A stretch of 59,223 bases of DNA, the filler included. It is 6 parts of 6 records of this genome, joined end to end, with 100 filler letters (N's around TTAATTAATTAA, not from the genome) between each part and the next. Parts side by side here need not be neighbours in the genome. Positions count along the whole stretch, not along the records: positions 22,057 to 34,460 come from SRR31147125_6958; positions 34,561 to 44,980 come from SRR31147125_6976; 4 more parts are not named here. The stretch is one strand, 5' to 3'. Below are positions 32,827 through 43,714 of this stretch, one piece after another; position 1 is the stretch's first letter; each line of letters begins with the position of its first letter. The notes below the pieces were generated by a model. It had not been told where the DNA came from, did no database searches, and worked only from the letters and a program-made list of their open reading frames with translations. Position numbers and translations under genes: made by a program.

Positions 32827-32962
32827 AGGTAATATATTAACTTTTTTGAACATCCTATACCTTGTACTTTTACCAAAAGTTTACAAGATATTCAAGGAAA
32901 GCTACTTGTTCTTACAGCAGATTTATTAGAATAACTCACTATTTGGGGCCAAGGACTAAATA

Positions 32963-34327
32963 ATGCAAAAACTGGATAGTATTTTAATTGTTTCACCGAA
33001 TGAGCAAACCCTATCATCCATTGGCTATTCCCTGCAGGATAACGATTATAGAATAGTTCGGGCAGGGGGCGAAGCTGAAGTTCATTTTTGTTTGGAAAAA
33101 TCAGAGAGTATTGATGCTGCTATAATTGATCTTGCTTCAGTTGGTGAAGCGTGGCTTTCACTCGTGAGTCTTATATCCTACCGCATTGGGGGTAAACCTA
33201 TTCTCGTTCTCATGGGACAAGCGGACATTAAAACAACGGTTGCGGCTCTGAAGAGAGGAGCCTATGATTTTCTATTAGAGCCTATCGAGATCGATGAAAT
33301 CGTTCACAGTCTGAACCGGGTCCTGGATACTGATTTTAAGGAGAATATTGTAAGAGCAAGGCAGAACGGATGGAACCGGGAACAGGATCTGTATCTTTTT
33401 TCAGCCGAATCAATTGCTATGCGCGAAAAATTACAGCAGTTAGGTTTGATGGCTCGTACTGAGTTACCTATTGTGATAAGTGGAGATAAAGGTGTTGGTA
33501 AAGAAAATTTAGCACGAATAGCACATTTCCTCAGTGCCGGGCGTTTTCAACCTTTTGTGAAAATTCATAGTCAGAATAATCATGAAGAATATATTTTTGC
33601 TGATTCATTTAACGCTGAAAATGGGATGTTCTATCAGGGATTAAATACGGTCGCGAACGCAAAGGGAGGGACGCTATTTATTGAGGAAATTACCAGTCTG
33701 CCACTACAGGCACAATATGAGTTGATGGACTTTATTGATGAATTTGAGGCAAAGTATCAATCTATAGTCTGTAAAAATAAATCCCGAATAAGGCTCGTGA
33801 GTGCTACTGTCAAGAATGGTCAGAATTCTCTGGATAAAAATAAATTCAATCCTGATTTTTGGGAAAGGATTTCGGGAGGAATTATCGAAATACCGACTCT
33901 GGCAGAGAGAAATAGTGATGTTCCGGTGATGGTAAGAGAGTGGCTAAAAATGATGCCTTTGGCAAAAAGTAAGGGTATCCGAGGTATTTCTGATCAGGCA
34001 TTGGAGATAATTATGAATTATTCCTGGCCTGGTAATGATGATGAGCTCGAGCACGTCATGGAACATGCGACTGCCGTTTGCAATGGAAAAGATATTCAGG
34101 AAGATGATTTACCTGTTCTGGAAAACAGGGCAACCTTAAAGAGTCGTTATTTTAATCTGCAACTCCATTCCTTTCAGCTGGAGCATGTTGAGGAAAAGTT
34201 GATACATCAGGTATTAGGTCAAACCCGAGGAAACATTAGCAAATCTGCAATGAGATTAGGGATAAGCAGAGGAACATTATATAATAAAATCAGGAAATAC
34301 GGTCTGGAAGAAATGTTAACCAGATAG
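32963..34327 (+). CDS. NtrC-like response regulator (REC-AAA-Fis HTH) with a degenerate AAA domain
   Basis: REC with AIID; Walker A GDKGVGKE; WPGN..EL; GNISKSA..LGISRGTLYNK; no GAFTGA. Confidence 0.88.
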   Translation: MQKLDSILIVSPNEQTLSSIGYSLQDNDYRIVRAGGEAEVHFCLEKSESIDAAIIDLASVGEAWLSLVSLISYRIGGKPILVLMGQADIKTTVAALKRGAYDFLLEPIEIDEIVHSLNRVLDTDFKENIVRARQNGWNREQDLYLFSAESIAMREKLQQLGLMARTELPIVISGDKGVGKENLARIAHFLSAGRFQPFVKIHSQNNHEEYIFADSFNAENGMFYQGLNTVANAKGGTLFIEEITSLPLQAQYELMDFIDEFEAKYQSIVCKNKSRIRLVSATVKNGQNSLDKNKFNPDFWERISGGIIEIPTLAERNSDVPVMVREWLKMMPLAKSKGIRGISDQALEIIMNYSWPGNDDELEHVMEHATAVCNGKDIQEDDLPVLENRATLKSRYFNLQLHSFQLEHVEEKLIHQVLGQTRGNISKSAMRLGISRGTLYNKIRKYGLEEMLTR

Positions 34328-34460
34328 TGGCGCTATAATTAAATATTTATTCATATCGTTTCGATCCATGTTATAGCGCGCGTTTTCCCTTAAAACAGTC
34401 TTACCTCATTTTTTTCTTTTTTTACATTATTTTTAATAACATTCAAATTCGGACAGCGTC

Positions 34461-34560
34461 NNNNNNNNNNNNNNNNNNNNNNNNNNNNNNNNNNNNNNNN
34501 NNNNTTAATTAATTAANNNNNNNNNNNNNNNNNNNNNNNNNNNNNNNNNNNNNNNNNNNN
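34461..34560. other. Artificial contig spacer
   Basis: N44-TTAATTAATTAA-N44. Confidence 0.99.
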
Positions 34561-35262
34561 TGTTAAGCGATATTTTAAAATACTAATACCCATGGCTTGC
34601 GCAGCTGATGTTGAATTTTTAATAGAGAGTAATGCACGACCAGTAGGGCTATTAATAATATTTAATGTCCATATCATCATAATGACCATAAAACCAACAA
34701 TAACATAAAACATATTGTTATAAGTAATTGAGTTTGATGATGTGATACCAAGGAACTCTATACCTTCTGTTAAATTCATCCCAGTAGATCCACCAGTAAA
34801 TGAAGCATTTTGATAGAAATTTCTAAGTATTTCAGATAATCCAAGTGTTACAATGGCTAAATACATCCCTTCGATACGAAGTGATATAAAGCCAACAATT
34901 GAACCAAGCATTAATGAAATAAGAATCCCTAGGATAAATCCAATTTCTGCGCTAATACCAACAGTTTGGAATAAATATCCGATAAGATATGCACCAAGTC
35001 CCATAAAACCTGCTGTCCCAAGTGATGCAAGACCCGCATATCCAAGTAGAATTAAAAAGCCTAATGATACGATGTATCTGACAAGCACAGGAGATAAGAA
35101 GTTTAATACAGATGGTTTAATCGCACCTGTTGAACCAATCAATTGTAATAATAATAGGATGGTACCTAGTATAAAGATTGGAAAATATGGATGTTTAGCA
35201 TATTGCTTAATTTTTGTTTTTAGCAAAGATTGATTGCTTGATTTCTCGTATTTTAATTGCAT
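34561..35262 (-). CDS. livM: LivM-type ABC permease, 3' truncated
   Basis: LLGYAGLASLG.AGFMGLGAY, LRIEGMYLAIVTLG, TGG..G, SPTGRAL. Confidence 0.9.
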
Positions 35263-35264
35263 GA

Positions 35265-36224
35265 TTACACCTTCTTCGCTATCTTCTTACCAAATAAACC
35301 AATTGGTTTAATTAATATGATAATGAGAATGACAGTATAAACTAATACTTTATAGTAAACACCTAAGTTTTGTGCACCAATTTGTAATAAGTTCATTACA
35401 TAATATGATATTTGTAAAAATATAGGAATGATAATGGCACCAATGACAGGTCCAAAGAATGTTGAGAAACCACCTAAGATGGCTGCTAAAAATCCATTGA
35501 CTTGCATATTGGTCATCATCGCAACACTAATTGTTTGATCATAACTTGCATAAAGAATTGCACCGACAGTACCCATTGCACCAGCGATACCCCAACTTAA
35601 TGCAGTAATTCTTTTCGTGTTGACACCAAGCATACCTGCAACTTTTTCATTGGCTGCAGTTGAACGTACACCTAGACCCCATTTTGTTTTTTTAAGTAAT
35701 ATAAATACAGTAACAATAATGATGGTTGCAACCAGTATTGAATACATATGATTATATCTAATAATGATATTTCCAAAACCTGTTTCTAATACTTTCACTT
35801 CTGTGAAGAAGCGAGGAATACTTGGCATGTTTTGATCATATTTATAAAATAGCGTAGGTAGTAGCCCCATAATAAATAGCACTAAACCCATGGTAATCAT
35901 CTGTTTTGTCAGTGGTGTACTAAATTTAGACCGTCTAATAAGAACAGTATCAATAAATACACCAATCAGAAATCCTATGATAATACCGGATAAAAATGCG
36001 ATGATTGTTAAAATGATCGGATTTACATTCGGATATTTTACAATAAGGAAACCTGAATAAAATATGGTAACAACATATGCTCCAGTCGTTGCAATCATCC
36101 CTTGCGCGAAATTTGTGGTAAACGATGTTCTAAAAATTAAAACAATCGCCAATGTCACAAGCGCTAATGGTGCAGCATCTGCTAAAGCTAATAATAATCT
36201 GTTTATAATATCTGCTAATATCAT
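35265..36224 (-). CDS. livH: LivH-type ABC permease
   Basis: NFAQG, TKWGLGVRSTAAN, LGVN, FLAAILGG. Confidence 0.9.
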   Translation of the reverse strand: MILADIINRLLLALADAAPLALVTLAIVLIFRTSFTTNFAQGMIATTGAYVVTIFYSGFLIVKYPNVNPIILTIIAFLSGIIIGFLIGVFIDTVLIRRSKFSTPLTKQMITMGLVLFIMGLLPTLFYKYDQNMPSIPRFFTEVKVLETGFGNIIIRYNHMYSILVATIIIVTVFILLKKTKWGLGVRSTAANEKVAGMLGVNTKRITALSWGIAGAMGTVGAILYASYDQTISVAMMTNMQVNGFLAAILGGFSTFFGPVIGAIIIPIFLQISYYVMNLLQIGAQNLGVYYKVLVYTVILIIILIKPIGLFGKKIAKKV

Positions 36225-36231
36225 TTAAATC

Positions 36232-37257
36232 TTAACCCCATCTAATGATATTTGCAGCCCATACATATCCAATACCAGCAGCTAACATGCACACAACAGT
36301 GCCATCTTTAACTTGTCCGGTTTGTAATGCTAAATGGAGTGATAATATTTGGTCAATTTGACCGATATGTCCATAATCTTCTAAATAAATAGATTGCTCT
36401 TCTGTTAAACCTAGTTCATTAAGCATCGCCATATGTCCACTTCTTTTCATATGAAGAATATCAAGATATCCTATATCTTTTCTTTCTAAACCAGATTTTC
36501 TTAAAGATTCATCCATGCATTTATACCAATTATTCATGGATACTTCTTTTAATCTGTTTTTCATGCGCTCTGCATCTAATAAGCGAAGTGATGTTTTACT
36601 TTCTTCGACATTAGATATAGATAACGGGTGACATTGACCACCAATTTCTACACCAGCAGTTCTTGCAAGTGATCCATCACCAATCATGTGAGAACCTAGC
36701 AGTAAGTTTTTACCATAATTCTTTTTAAGAATAATAGCACCACCACCTGCACCTAAGTCATACATCATTGACATCTTAGGGTCACTATAGTCCACAAAAT
36801 CGCCATTACGATAACCACCAACGACCATAACAACAGATACTTCATCATCTGCGATTAACATATCTTTTGCCATTTTCATCGCTGATACAGTTGTACAGCA
36901 ACGGTTTTGCACGTCTATTCCCCAAGCGTTAGTTGCACCAATTCTATCTTGAATGTATAATGCTGAAGTTGTTAATGGATATTCTTTCCATTCTTCAGTC
37001 ACACTTAAGATAACATCTATTTCTTTTGGATCAAGACCTGTGTTCTTTAGCGCATCTAGCGCTGCAAGTGCACCCATTTCTTGAGATCCATCATCTGGCA
37101 TTTTAGTTGGGATTGGTTTTTGCTTAATACCTAGCTTATCAATGATTGCTTGTTCTGCCCAAATGCCGTTTGTTTTTTCGGCAATTTCTTTTGCAGTCAT
37201 TCTGCCACTCGGTAAGTATATACCAGTACCAACGATACCAACATTAACTTTTTCCAT
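36232..37257 (-). CDS. KAS III/FabH-like thiolase-fold enzyme with Cys-His-His triad
   Basis: GIVGTGIYLP, QNRCC (Cys), ILHMKR (His), YGHIG (His where FabH has Asn), AAGIGY.W. Confidence 0.85.
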   Translation of the reverse strand: MEKVNVGIVGTGIYLPSGRMTAKEIAEKTNGIWAEQAIIDKLGIKQKPIPTKMPDDGSQEMGALAALDALKNTGLDPKEIDVILSVTEEWKEYPLTTSALYIQDRIGATNAWGIDVQNRCCTTVSAMKMAKDMLIADDEVSVVMVVGGYRNGDFVDYSDPKMSMMYDLGAGGGAIILKKNYGKNLLLGSHMIGDGSLARTAGVEIGGQCHPLSISNVEESKTSLRLLDAERMKNRLKEVSMNNWYKCMDESLRKSGLERKDIGYLDILHMKRSGHMAMLNELGLTEEQSIYLEDYGHIGQIDQILSLHLALQTGQVKDGTVVCMLAAGIGYVWAANIIRWG

Positions 37258-37271
37258 GATCTTCCTTCTTT

Positions 37272-38167
37272 CTATGATTGAATGTGTTTTTTGAATGTGT
37301 TAATAAATAAATCAAGATCATCCGTTAAGACTGAATGTCCTGCATCTTCAAATATTTCCATTGTTGCTTTATCTTTAAAATATGATTTCATTTCATGTGC
37401 AAAAGAAATGGGTACAACCAAGTCTTTTGCCCATGGAAAATCACGATAGGTGCAGTAATAAGATCCATTCGACCAGAACCGTTATTCACACCATTTGAAT
37501 CATGCGTCATATTAAAATGAACTAAACCATAATCAACATCTACGAGATTTCTTTGTTTAAAGATTGCATCTAAATAAATCTCATAATCTTCTTCAGAGGG
37601 TTGATTTAAGTTATAGATTAATGCATTCCAAATGGCTCTTAGTACTGCTCTGTTATTTGCTTCATAAGCTTGTAGTACAGGTAGCACTTGAACTGGATCA
37701 GCTGCAATATCTTCTTTTGAAGTAATAAGTTCAGTAAGTATCGGTTGTCCATTTGCATCTTTTTTAAACATTGGATACCCTTTAATACCAACTGAATCTA
37801 ATAAATAAACTTTTTCAATGCGTGTTTTTAAGTCAGCTGCAACTTCAAGTACGATTCCGCCACCAGTTGACCAACCTAACATATGAATGTGATCCAGATT
37901 CAATGCTTTGATGAATAAACTAACATCTTCTGCAAAATCATGTAGAGAATTAAGTTGTTTTTTATATGATGAATCACCAAAACCTCTTAAGTCGAGTGCA
38001 TAAACTTGATAGTTATCTTCTAATTGTTCAATCACTTCTTGAAAGTGCACTGAAGAACTCATATTACCATGGATTAATAGAATTGTTTTTCCTTTTTTCC
38101 CTGATTGACGATAAGCAAGTATTTCACCGTTTTCTAAATTGATATATTGAACTGGATATTGTTTCAT
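37272..38167 (-). CDS. phaZ: Alpha/beta hydrolase of the Bacillus-type PHB depolymerase (PhaZ) family; frameshift near 37431
   Basis: NGE.LAYR, IHGNMSSS, GWSTGG, SVG.KGYP.FKKD.NGQP, DPVQ, QRNLVDV as recalled for B. thuringiensis PhaZ; the shifted frame supplies KDLVVP and AGHS (catalytic Asp/His), stop at 37272. Confidence 0.75.
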
Positions 38168-38886
38168 AGTCTCATCCCACCATCAACACTAAGTGTTTGA
38201 CCTGTGACATAAGATGCGTCTTCTGAAGCTAAGAATAGTGCTGCGTTTGCAATTTCATGTGGTTGACCAAGTCTTTTTAACATTGTTAAAGCTGCAAATT
38301 TGTCAAGTAAATCTTGTGGTACAGTTTTTAACATATCAGTCATTGTATATCCAGGAGCAATTGCATTCACTCTAACGTTTGCGCCTTTTCTTGCGAATTC
38401 TTTTGCCCAAGTTTTTGTAAGACCTAATACACCAGCTTTTGTTGCTGCATAGTTTGCTTGACCAATATTACCAAAAACACCAACGACAGAACTAATGTTT
38501 ATAATTGAACCGTAATTGTTTGCTTCCATTAAAGGACCAAAGAAACGAGTTAGATTGAATACACCTTTTAAATTAACATCAATGACTAAATTCCATTGAT
38601 CATCTGTCATTTTTCTTGTCATGGCATCTCTTGTAACACCAGCGTTATTCACTAAAATATCAGCTTTTCCATATTTTTCTACGACATAATCATAGAATTT
38701 TCGTACTGCTTCTACATCTGTAATGTTTAAGATATAGCCTTCAACATTTTTTGCTTCATATGATAGCTCTTGCATATCAACAGCGACAACTTTTGCGCCT
38801 TCTCTTGCAAATGTTTCTGCCATTGATTGTCCTAATCCTCTTGCACCACCTGTAACGATAGCGACTTTATTATCTAATCTACCCAT
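38164..38886 (-). CDS. fabG: 3-oxoacyl-ACP/acetoacetyl-CoA reductase (SDR)
   Basis: TGGARGLG, NNAG, NISS, YAATK, VTGQ.L.VDGG. Confidence 0.9.
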   Translation of the reverse strand: MGRLDNKVAIVTGGARGLGQSMAETFAREGAKVVAVDMQELSYEAKNVEGYILNITDVEAVRKFYDYVVEKYGKADILVNNAGVTRDAMTRKMTDDQWNLVIDVNLKGVFNLTRFFGPLMEANNYGSIINISSVVGVFGNIGQANYAATKAGVLGLTKTWAKEFARKGANVRVNAIAPGYTMTDMLKTVPQDLLDKFAALTMLKRLGQPHEIANAALFLASEDASYVTGQTLSVDGGMRL

Positions 38887-38917
38887 GATATTCTCCTTTA
38901 TATTTTTAAATTCTAAT

Positions 38918-40126
38918 TTAGTTTACTTTTTTTAAAATAACTGCAGTACCCATACCGCCACCAATGCATAATGATGCTAAACCTAAATTGTTTTTACGTT
39001 TCATCATTTCATATATAAGTGTGACGATAATTCTATTACCACTTGCTCCAACTGGATGTCCAAGTGCAATGGCACCACCATTGACATTACATTTTTCTAA
39101 GATCTCTTCTTTTGTGATGTCAAATGCATCTGTTAATTCTTTAATGACACCAAGTGATTGTGCAGCAAATGCTTCATTTAATTCAAATAATTCAATATCT
39201 TTAATATCCGCTTTCGCAAAATTAAGTGCTTGTTTAATGGCTGGTGTTGGTCCTAGTCCCATAACAGATGGGTCTACACCACCTTGACCAATACCGATTA
39301 ATTCAAATAGTGGTGTAAGGTTATGTTTTTTAACCGCTTCTTCACTGGCTAAGATAATAAAGCTTGCACCATCATTAATACCTGATGAACTACCAGCTGT
39401 AACTGTACCATCTTTTTTAAATACAGTACGAAGCGTCGCTAATTTTTCAGGTGTTGTTCTTCTATTAATAAATTCATCTTGATCAAATACAATGTCACCT
39501 TTTCTCGTTTTAATTGTTACAGGTGCAATTTCATCGTTAAATTTATGATTATCTTGTGCTTCGATGGCTCTTCTTTGAGATTCATAAGCAAAAGCATCTT
39601 GTTCTTCTCTTGTTATCCCATATTTTTCTGCAATATTTTCAGCAGTCACGCCCATGTGATAACCATTAAATGCATCAGTAAGTGCATCATAAATCATATG
39701 ATCAACTAAGTTTTTATCACCCATACGAAGACCAGTTCTTGATTGTGAAGGTACTAAGTATGGCGCATTACTCATAGATTCTGCACCACCAGCAACAACG
39801 ACATCATGAAAACCTAATTGAATATTTGCAAAAGCATTCATTAAAGTTTTCATACCACTTCCACATACCATATTTACACCATATGCTGGAACAGATACTG
39901 GAATGCCTGATTTAATTGAGATTTGTCTAGCAAGGCCTTGACCTAATCCTGCAGGTAAAATATTACCAATTTGCACTTCATCAATAGCATCAACAGGAAC
40001 TTTTGATTCTTCGAGTAATTGTTTTAATACTTGTGATCCGAAATCACTTGGGTGTACATTGTTTAATGTCCCCATAAACGAACCAATGGCACTACGTTTC
40101 GCACCAACTACATATACTTTTTTCAT
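38918..40126 (-). CDS. thlA: Acetyl-CoA C-acetyltransferase (thiolase)
   Basis: NMVCGSG, NEAFAAQ, GHPVGASG, CIGGGMG; AAGGAG RBS places the start at 40126. Confidence 0.95.
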   Translation of the reverse strand: MKKVYVVGAKRSAIGSFMGTLNNVHPSDFGSQVLKQLLEESKVPVDAIDEVQIGNILPAGLGQGLARQISIKSGIPVSVPAYGVNMVCGSGMKTLMNAFANIQLGFHDVVVAGGAESMSNAPYLVPSQSRTGLRMGDKNLVDHMIYDALTDAFNGYHMGVTAENIAEKYGITREEQDAFAYESQRRAIEAQDNHKFNDEIAPVTIKTRKGDIVFDQDEFINRRTTPEKLATLRTVFKKDGTVTAGSSSGINDGASFIILASEEAVKKHNLTPLFELIGIGQGGVDPSVMGLGPTPAIKQALNFAKADIKDIELFELNEAFAAQSLGVIKELTDAFDITKEEILEKCNVNGGAIALGHPVGASGNRIIVTLIYEMMKRKNNLGLASLCIGGGMGTAVILKKVN

Positions 40127-40238
40127 CTTTATTCTCCTTATTACAAGCGTTTTCATATTTTTGTGAACGTCAATCATAAAAATATCAAATGGCCTTTATA
40201 AAGGGATTGTTATGTCTAATAACAATTTTTTACAAGGC

Positions 40239-40327
40239 TGAACTTATATTCATGTTTATATTGAAATATTATCATTTTTTGTAAGCGTTGTCAATGCATA
40301 TCATAAGATTATGTGAATAAATATTCA
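40239..40327 (-). promoter_or_regulatory. Thiolase operon promoter flanked by two TGAA-N6-TTCA operators, with a cre-like site
   Basis: TTGACA (40294-40289)-17-TAATAT (40271-40266); operators at 40239-40252 and 40314-40327; TGTAAGCGTTGTCA at 40280-40293. Confidence 0.7.
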
Positions 40328-40336
40328 TAAAACCAT

Positions 40337-40363
40337 AAAAAAAGGCATTCAAGATGCCTTTTT
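40337..40363 (-). terminator. Intrinsic terminator after etfA
   Basis: AAAAAGGCAT-tcaag-ATGCCTTTTT. Confidence 0.8.
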
Positions 40364-40368
40364 ATCAT

Positions 40369-41358
40369 TTAATGTAATGATTTTATTGCTTCTACTTCTT
40401 CTTTAAGCAAAGGGAGTACTTTATTTGCATCAGCAATAATCGATACATCTGCAATATTGAATATTGCAGCGTTTGGATCTGTATTGATTGCAATAATTAA
40501 TTCTGATTTATCCATACCAGCGATATGTTGGATGGCACCACTTATACCTGATGCGACATATACACTTGGACGAACTGTTGAACCAGTTTGACCAACGAGT
40601 CTATCTTTTGGTTCAATGGCTGCATCGACAACTGCTCTTGATGCAGCAACTTCACCGCCAGTGATTTCGGCAATTGCTTTAAGTGTTGGAAACATTGTTG
40701 CGACTCCACGACCACCAGCAATAATTAATTTAGCTTTCGTAATATCTACGTGTTTAGATTCACTAACTTTGACATCTAATATTTTAACTTTTGATGTTGA
40801 TTCAAATGTCATTTGAAATGGTTTAACATTAGCTTTTTTATCTTTATCAACTGAAATTGAGAAAACACCAGGTCTAACAGTAGCCATTTGTGGTAATGTA
40901 TCTGGACAAATGATTGTTGCAAATAGATTGCCACCAAGTGCTGGTCGTGTTGCATATAATTCAAGTTTTTCTTCTGTTTCTTCAAAATCAAGTGTTGTTG
41001 CATCAGCAGTTAAACCTGTATCAAGTCTAGCTGATAATCTAGGACCTAAGTCACGACCAAGTAGTGTTGATCCTATAAGTAAAACATCAAATGCATTTTC
41101 TTTGATGACTTTTGTTAATGCTTCTGCATAATATGTTGTATCATATTGTTCTAATTTTTTATCTTCTATAGTAATAATTTCATGTGCACCACATTGTCCA
41201 ATAGTATCTAAGTCTTCTTGATGAATTTTTGAGGACGCTAAAATTGCTGTAATGTTAACGCGATCACCTAATTTTCTTTTGACTTCACTTAATAGTTCTA
41301 AACCTACTGAACATACTTTTTGATGTTTTTGTTCGATAAATACGGCACATTTTCTCAT
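40369..41358 (-). CDS. etfA: Electron transfer flavoprotein alpha subunit
   Basis: TGLTAD, TRPALGGN, PQMATVRPG, VGQTG.TVRP, GISGAIQH. Confidence 0.96.
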   Translation of the reverse strand: MRKCAVFIEQKHQKVCSVGLELLSEVKRKLGDRVNITAILASSKIHQEDLDTIGQCGAHEIITIEDKKLEQYDTTYYAEALTKVIKENAFDVLLIGSTLLGRDLGPRLSARLDTGLTADATTLDFEETEEKLELYATRPALGGNLFATIICPDTLPQMATVRPGVFSISVDKDKKANVKPFQMTFESTSKVKILDVKVSESKHVDITKAKLIIAGGRGVATMFPTLKAIAEITGGEVAASRAVVDAAIEPKDRLVGQTGSTVRPSVYVASGISGAIQHIAGMDKSELIIAINTDPNAAIFNIADVSIIADANKVLPLLKEEVEAIKSLH

Positions 41359-42146
41359 GAGTTTGATACCTCCATGTATGGATAGATAAGTTGTGATATT
41401 TTCTTCGCTGCTGCTTCTGGTTCCATCACTTCTTTTGGTGCTTTTTGCATCACTTGTTTTGTATATGTCTTTTTAACTCTTGTTGGTGAGCCTCTTAAAC
41501 CAATAGATGCTTGTTCAATATCAAGATCTTCGAAAGTCACAAGATCAAAAGGTTTATCAAAACAATCCCAAATGTATGAAGCATGCATAAATCTTGGTTC
41601 ATTCATTGTTCTGATGGTTGTAATTAATGCAGGTAGTTCAACCCCAAGTGTGTAAACTTCTGTTTCAAAAGATTTTTCAACGACAAGATCTTTTTTATCT
41701 TTTTTAACAATTTGTGTCACATGAGTGACTTGTGGAATATTTAAGAATTCAGCAACTTGAGGGCCTACTTGTGCAGTATCACCATCGATAGCTTGATATC
41801 CTGCGATAATTAAATCATATTTAACAGTTTTTAAGAAAGTAGAAAGTATTTTTGAAGTTGCCCATGTATCTGATCCTGCAAATTTTCTATCTGATAATAA
41901 ATAAGCATGATCAACGCCACGTGCATATAATTCTCTAATCATTTTTTCAGCTTGTGGAGGTCCCATAGTCACAGTTGTAACAGTACCACCATATTGTTCT
42001 TTTAATTTTAGTGCTTCTTCTACACCAGCTAAATCATCAGGATTAATAATACTTTTAACACCTTTACGTATTAAAGTGTTTGTGACTTTATCGATTTTAA
42101 TCTCTGTTGTATCAGGAACTTGTTTTACAAGTACTATTATATTCAT
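41355..42146 (-). CDS. etfB: Electron transfer flavoprotein beta subunit
   Basis: KQVPDT, INPDD, TMGPPQA, FAGSDT.AT, QAIDGDTAQVGP. Confidence 0.96.
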   Translation of the reverse strand: MNIIVLVKQVPDTTEIKIDKVTNTLIRKGVKSIINPDDLAGVEEALKLKEQYGGTVTTVTMGPPQAEKMIRELYARGVDHAYLLSDRKFAGSDTWATSKILSTFLKTVKYDLIIAGYQAIDGDTAQVGPQVAEFLNIPQVTHVTQIVKKDKKDLVVEKSFETEVYTLGVELPALITTIRTMNEPRFMHASYIWDCFDKPFDLVTFEDLDIEQASIGLRGSPTRVKKTYTKQVMQKAPKEVMEPEAAAKKISQLIYPYMEVSNS

Positions 42147-43267
42147 TATCGTAACACCTTCCCTGCAATAACCATACGTTGTACTTCTGAAGTACCTTCA
42201 TAGATTTCTGTAATTTTAGCATCTCTATAAAATCTTTCCATTTCATAGTCTCTAATAAAGCCGTAGCCACCCATGAGCTGAATCGCATCATCTGTGACTT
42301 CTACAGCTATACGAGATGCATATAATTTTGCCATAGCAGCTGATTCACTATATGATCTGCCATGATCTTTATCATCAACAGCTTTATCAAGTAATAGTTT
42401 AGCAGCAACCACTTTTGTTCTCATATCTGCAATTTTAAATTGTGTATTTTGAAATTTTGAAATTGAACGACCAAATTGCTTACGTGTTTTCACATAATCA
42501 ACACAGCGTTCAAATGCACCTTCAGCAATACCTAATGCTTGTGCAGCAATCCCAATACGTCCACCATCAAGTGTCGTCATTGCGATTTTAAAGCCTTCAT
42601 TAAGTTTACCAAGTAAGTTTTCTTTAGGCACTTTAACTTTTTGGAAAATCAGTTCACATGTTGAAGACGCATGAATACCCATTTTCTTCTCTTTAGGACC
42701 TACAGTAAATCCTTCCATATCTTTTTCCATAATAAATGCAGAAATACCTTTTAATCCTAGTTCTGGATTAGTCATCGCAAATATCACATAAACATCTGCA
42801 TAACCAGCATTGGTAATAAATATTTTATTTCCGGTAATTTCATAGTAATCACCAAAATCAATCGCTTTTGTTTGTTGTCCAGCAGCATCAGTACCAGCAC
42901 CAGGCTCAGTTAATCCAAAAGCACCTAGAAACTCACCAGTATTTAATTTTTTAAGATATTTATCTTTTTGTGCATCTGTACCAAAAGCACTAATTGGCCA
43001 TGCACATAAAGATGTATGTGCAGATAAAATAACACCAGTAGTCGCACAATATTTTGATAAAGTTCTTACAGTATCAATATAAGCTTTTGTATCTGCGCCA
43101 ACGCCATGAACGTCTTTTGAAAATGGAATACCTAATAATCCATATTTTCCCATTAAATCAACAGTTTCTTGTGGAAAACGTTCTTCTTCATCGATGTCTC
43201 TTGCAATAGGTTTAACAACTTCTTGTGCAAATTGTTCAACCATTTTATTTAGTAATTCATGTTTCAT
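42146..43267 (-). CDS. bcd: Butyryl-CoA/short-chain acyl-CoA dehydrogenase
   Basis: GAFGLTEPGAGTDA, KIFITN, LDGGRIGIAAQALG, RDAKITEIYEGTSEVQR; adjacent etfBA. Confidence 0.92.
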   Translation of the reverse strand: MKHELLNKMVEQFAQEVVKPIARDIDEEERFPQETVDLMGKYGLLGIPFSKDVHGVGADTKAYIDTVRTLSKYCATTGVILSAHTSLCAWPISAFGTDAQKDKYLKKLNTGEFLGAFGLTEPGAGTDAAGQQTKAIDFGDYYEITGNKIFITNAGYADVYVIFAMTNPELGLKGISAFIMEKDMEGFTVGPKEKKMGIHASSTCELIFQKVKVPKENLLGKLNEGFKIAMTTLDGGRIGIAAQALGIAEGAFERCVDYVKTRKQFGRSISKFQNTQFKIADMRTKVVAAKLLLDKAVDDKDHGRSYSESAAMAKLYASRIAVEVTDDAIQLMGGYGFIRDYEMERFYRDAKITEIYEGTSEVQRMVIAGKVLR

Positions 43268-43680
43268 CGTCTTGGCATCACCATCGCAGTACCAACAATA
43301 ACTTTTTCATCGTTTTGATTGTATGCAGTTGTTGATAGTATCACGCGGTTTTTCTCCTTTATAATTTCTGTTACCTCTACTTCAGCTTTAATGGTGTCAC
43401 CAATAAAAACTGGTTTAATAAACTTAGAGTTTTGTTGCATATAAATTGTACCATCTCCTGGTAATTTTGTACCAAGTACAGTAGAAAATAGCGAATTAAC
43501 AAGTCCACCATGGACAACTCTTTGTTTAAAAATAGAGTTTTTCGCATAAGCATCATTAATGTGCATAGGATTCATATCTCCAGATACACCAGCAAAAAGT
43601 AGGACGTCAGCGTTAGTGAAAGTTTTTTGGAAAAAATCTTTATCACCTATACTGAGATCATTGATTGTTTTACCTAACAT
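43264..43680 (-). CDS. MaoC/PhaJ-like (R)-specific enoyl-CoA hydratase
   Basis: FAGVSGDMNPMH...RVVHG hydratase-2 motif, LPG.GTIY. Confidence 0.92.
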   Translation of the reverse strand: MLGKTINDLSIGDKDFFQKTFTNADVLLFAGVSGDMNPMHINDAYAKNSIFKQRVVHGGLVNSLFSTVLGTKLPGDGTIYMQQNSKFIKPVFIGDTIKAEVEVTEIIKEKNRVILSTTAYNQNDEKVIVGTAMVMPRR

Positions 43681-43714
43681 TTAAATCTCCTTCTTTCTTA
43701 TTAAGTTTGTAACA

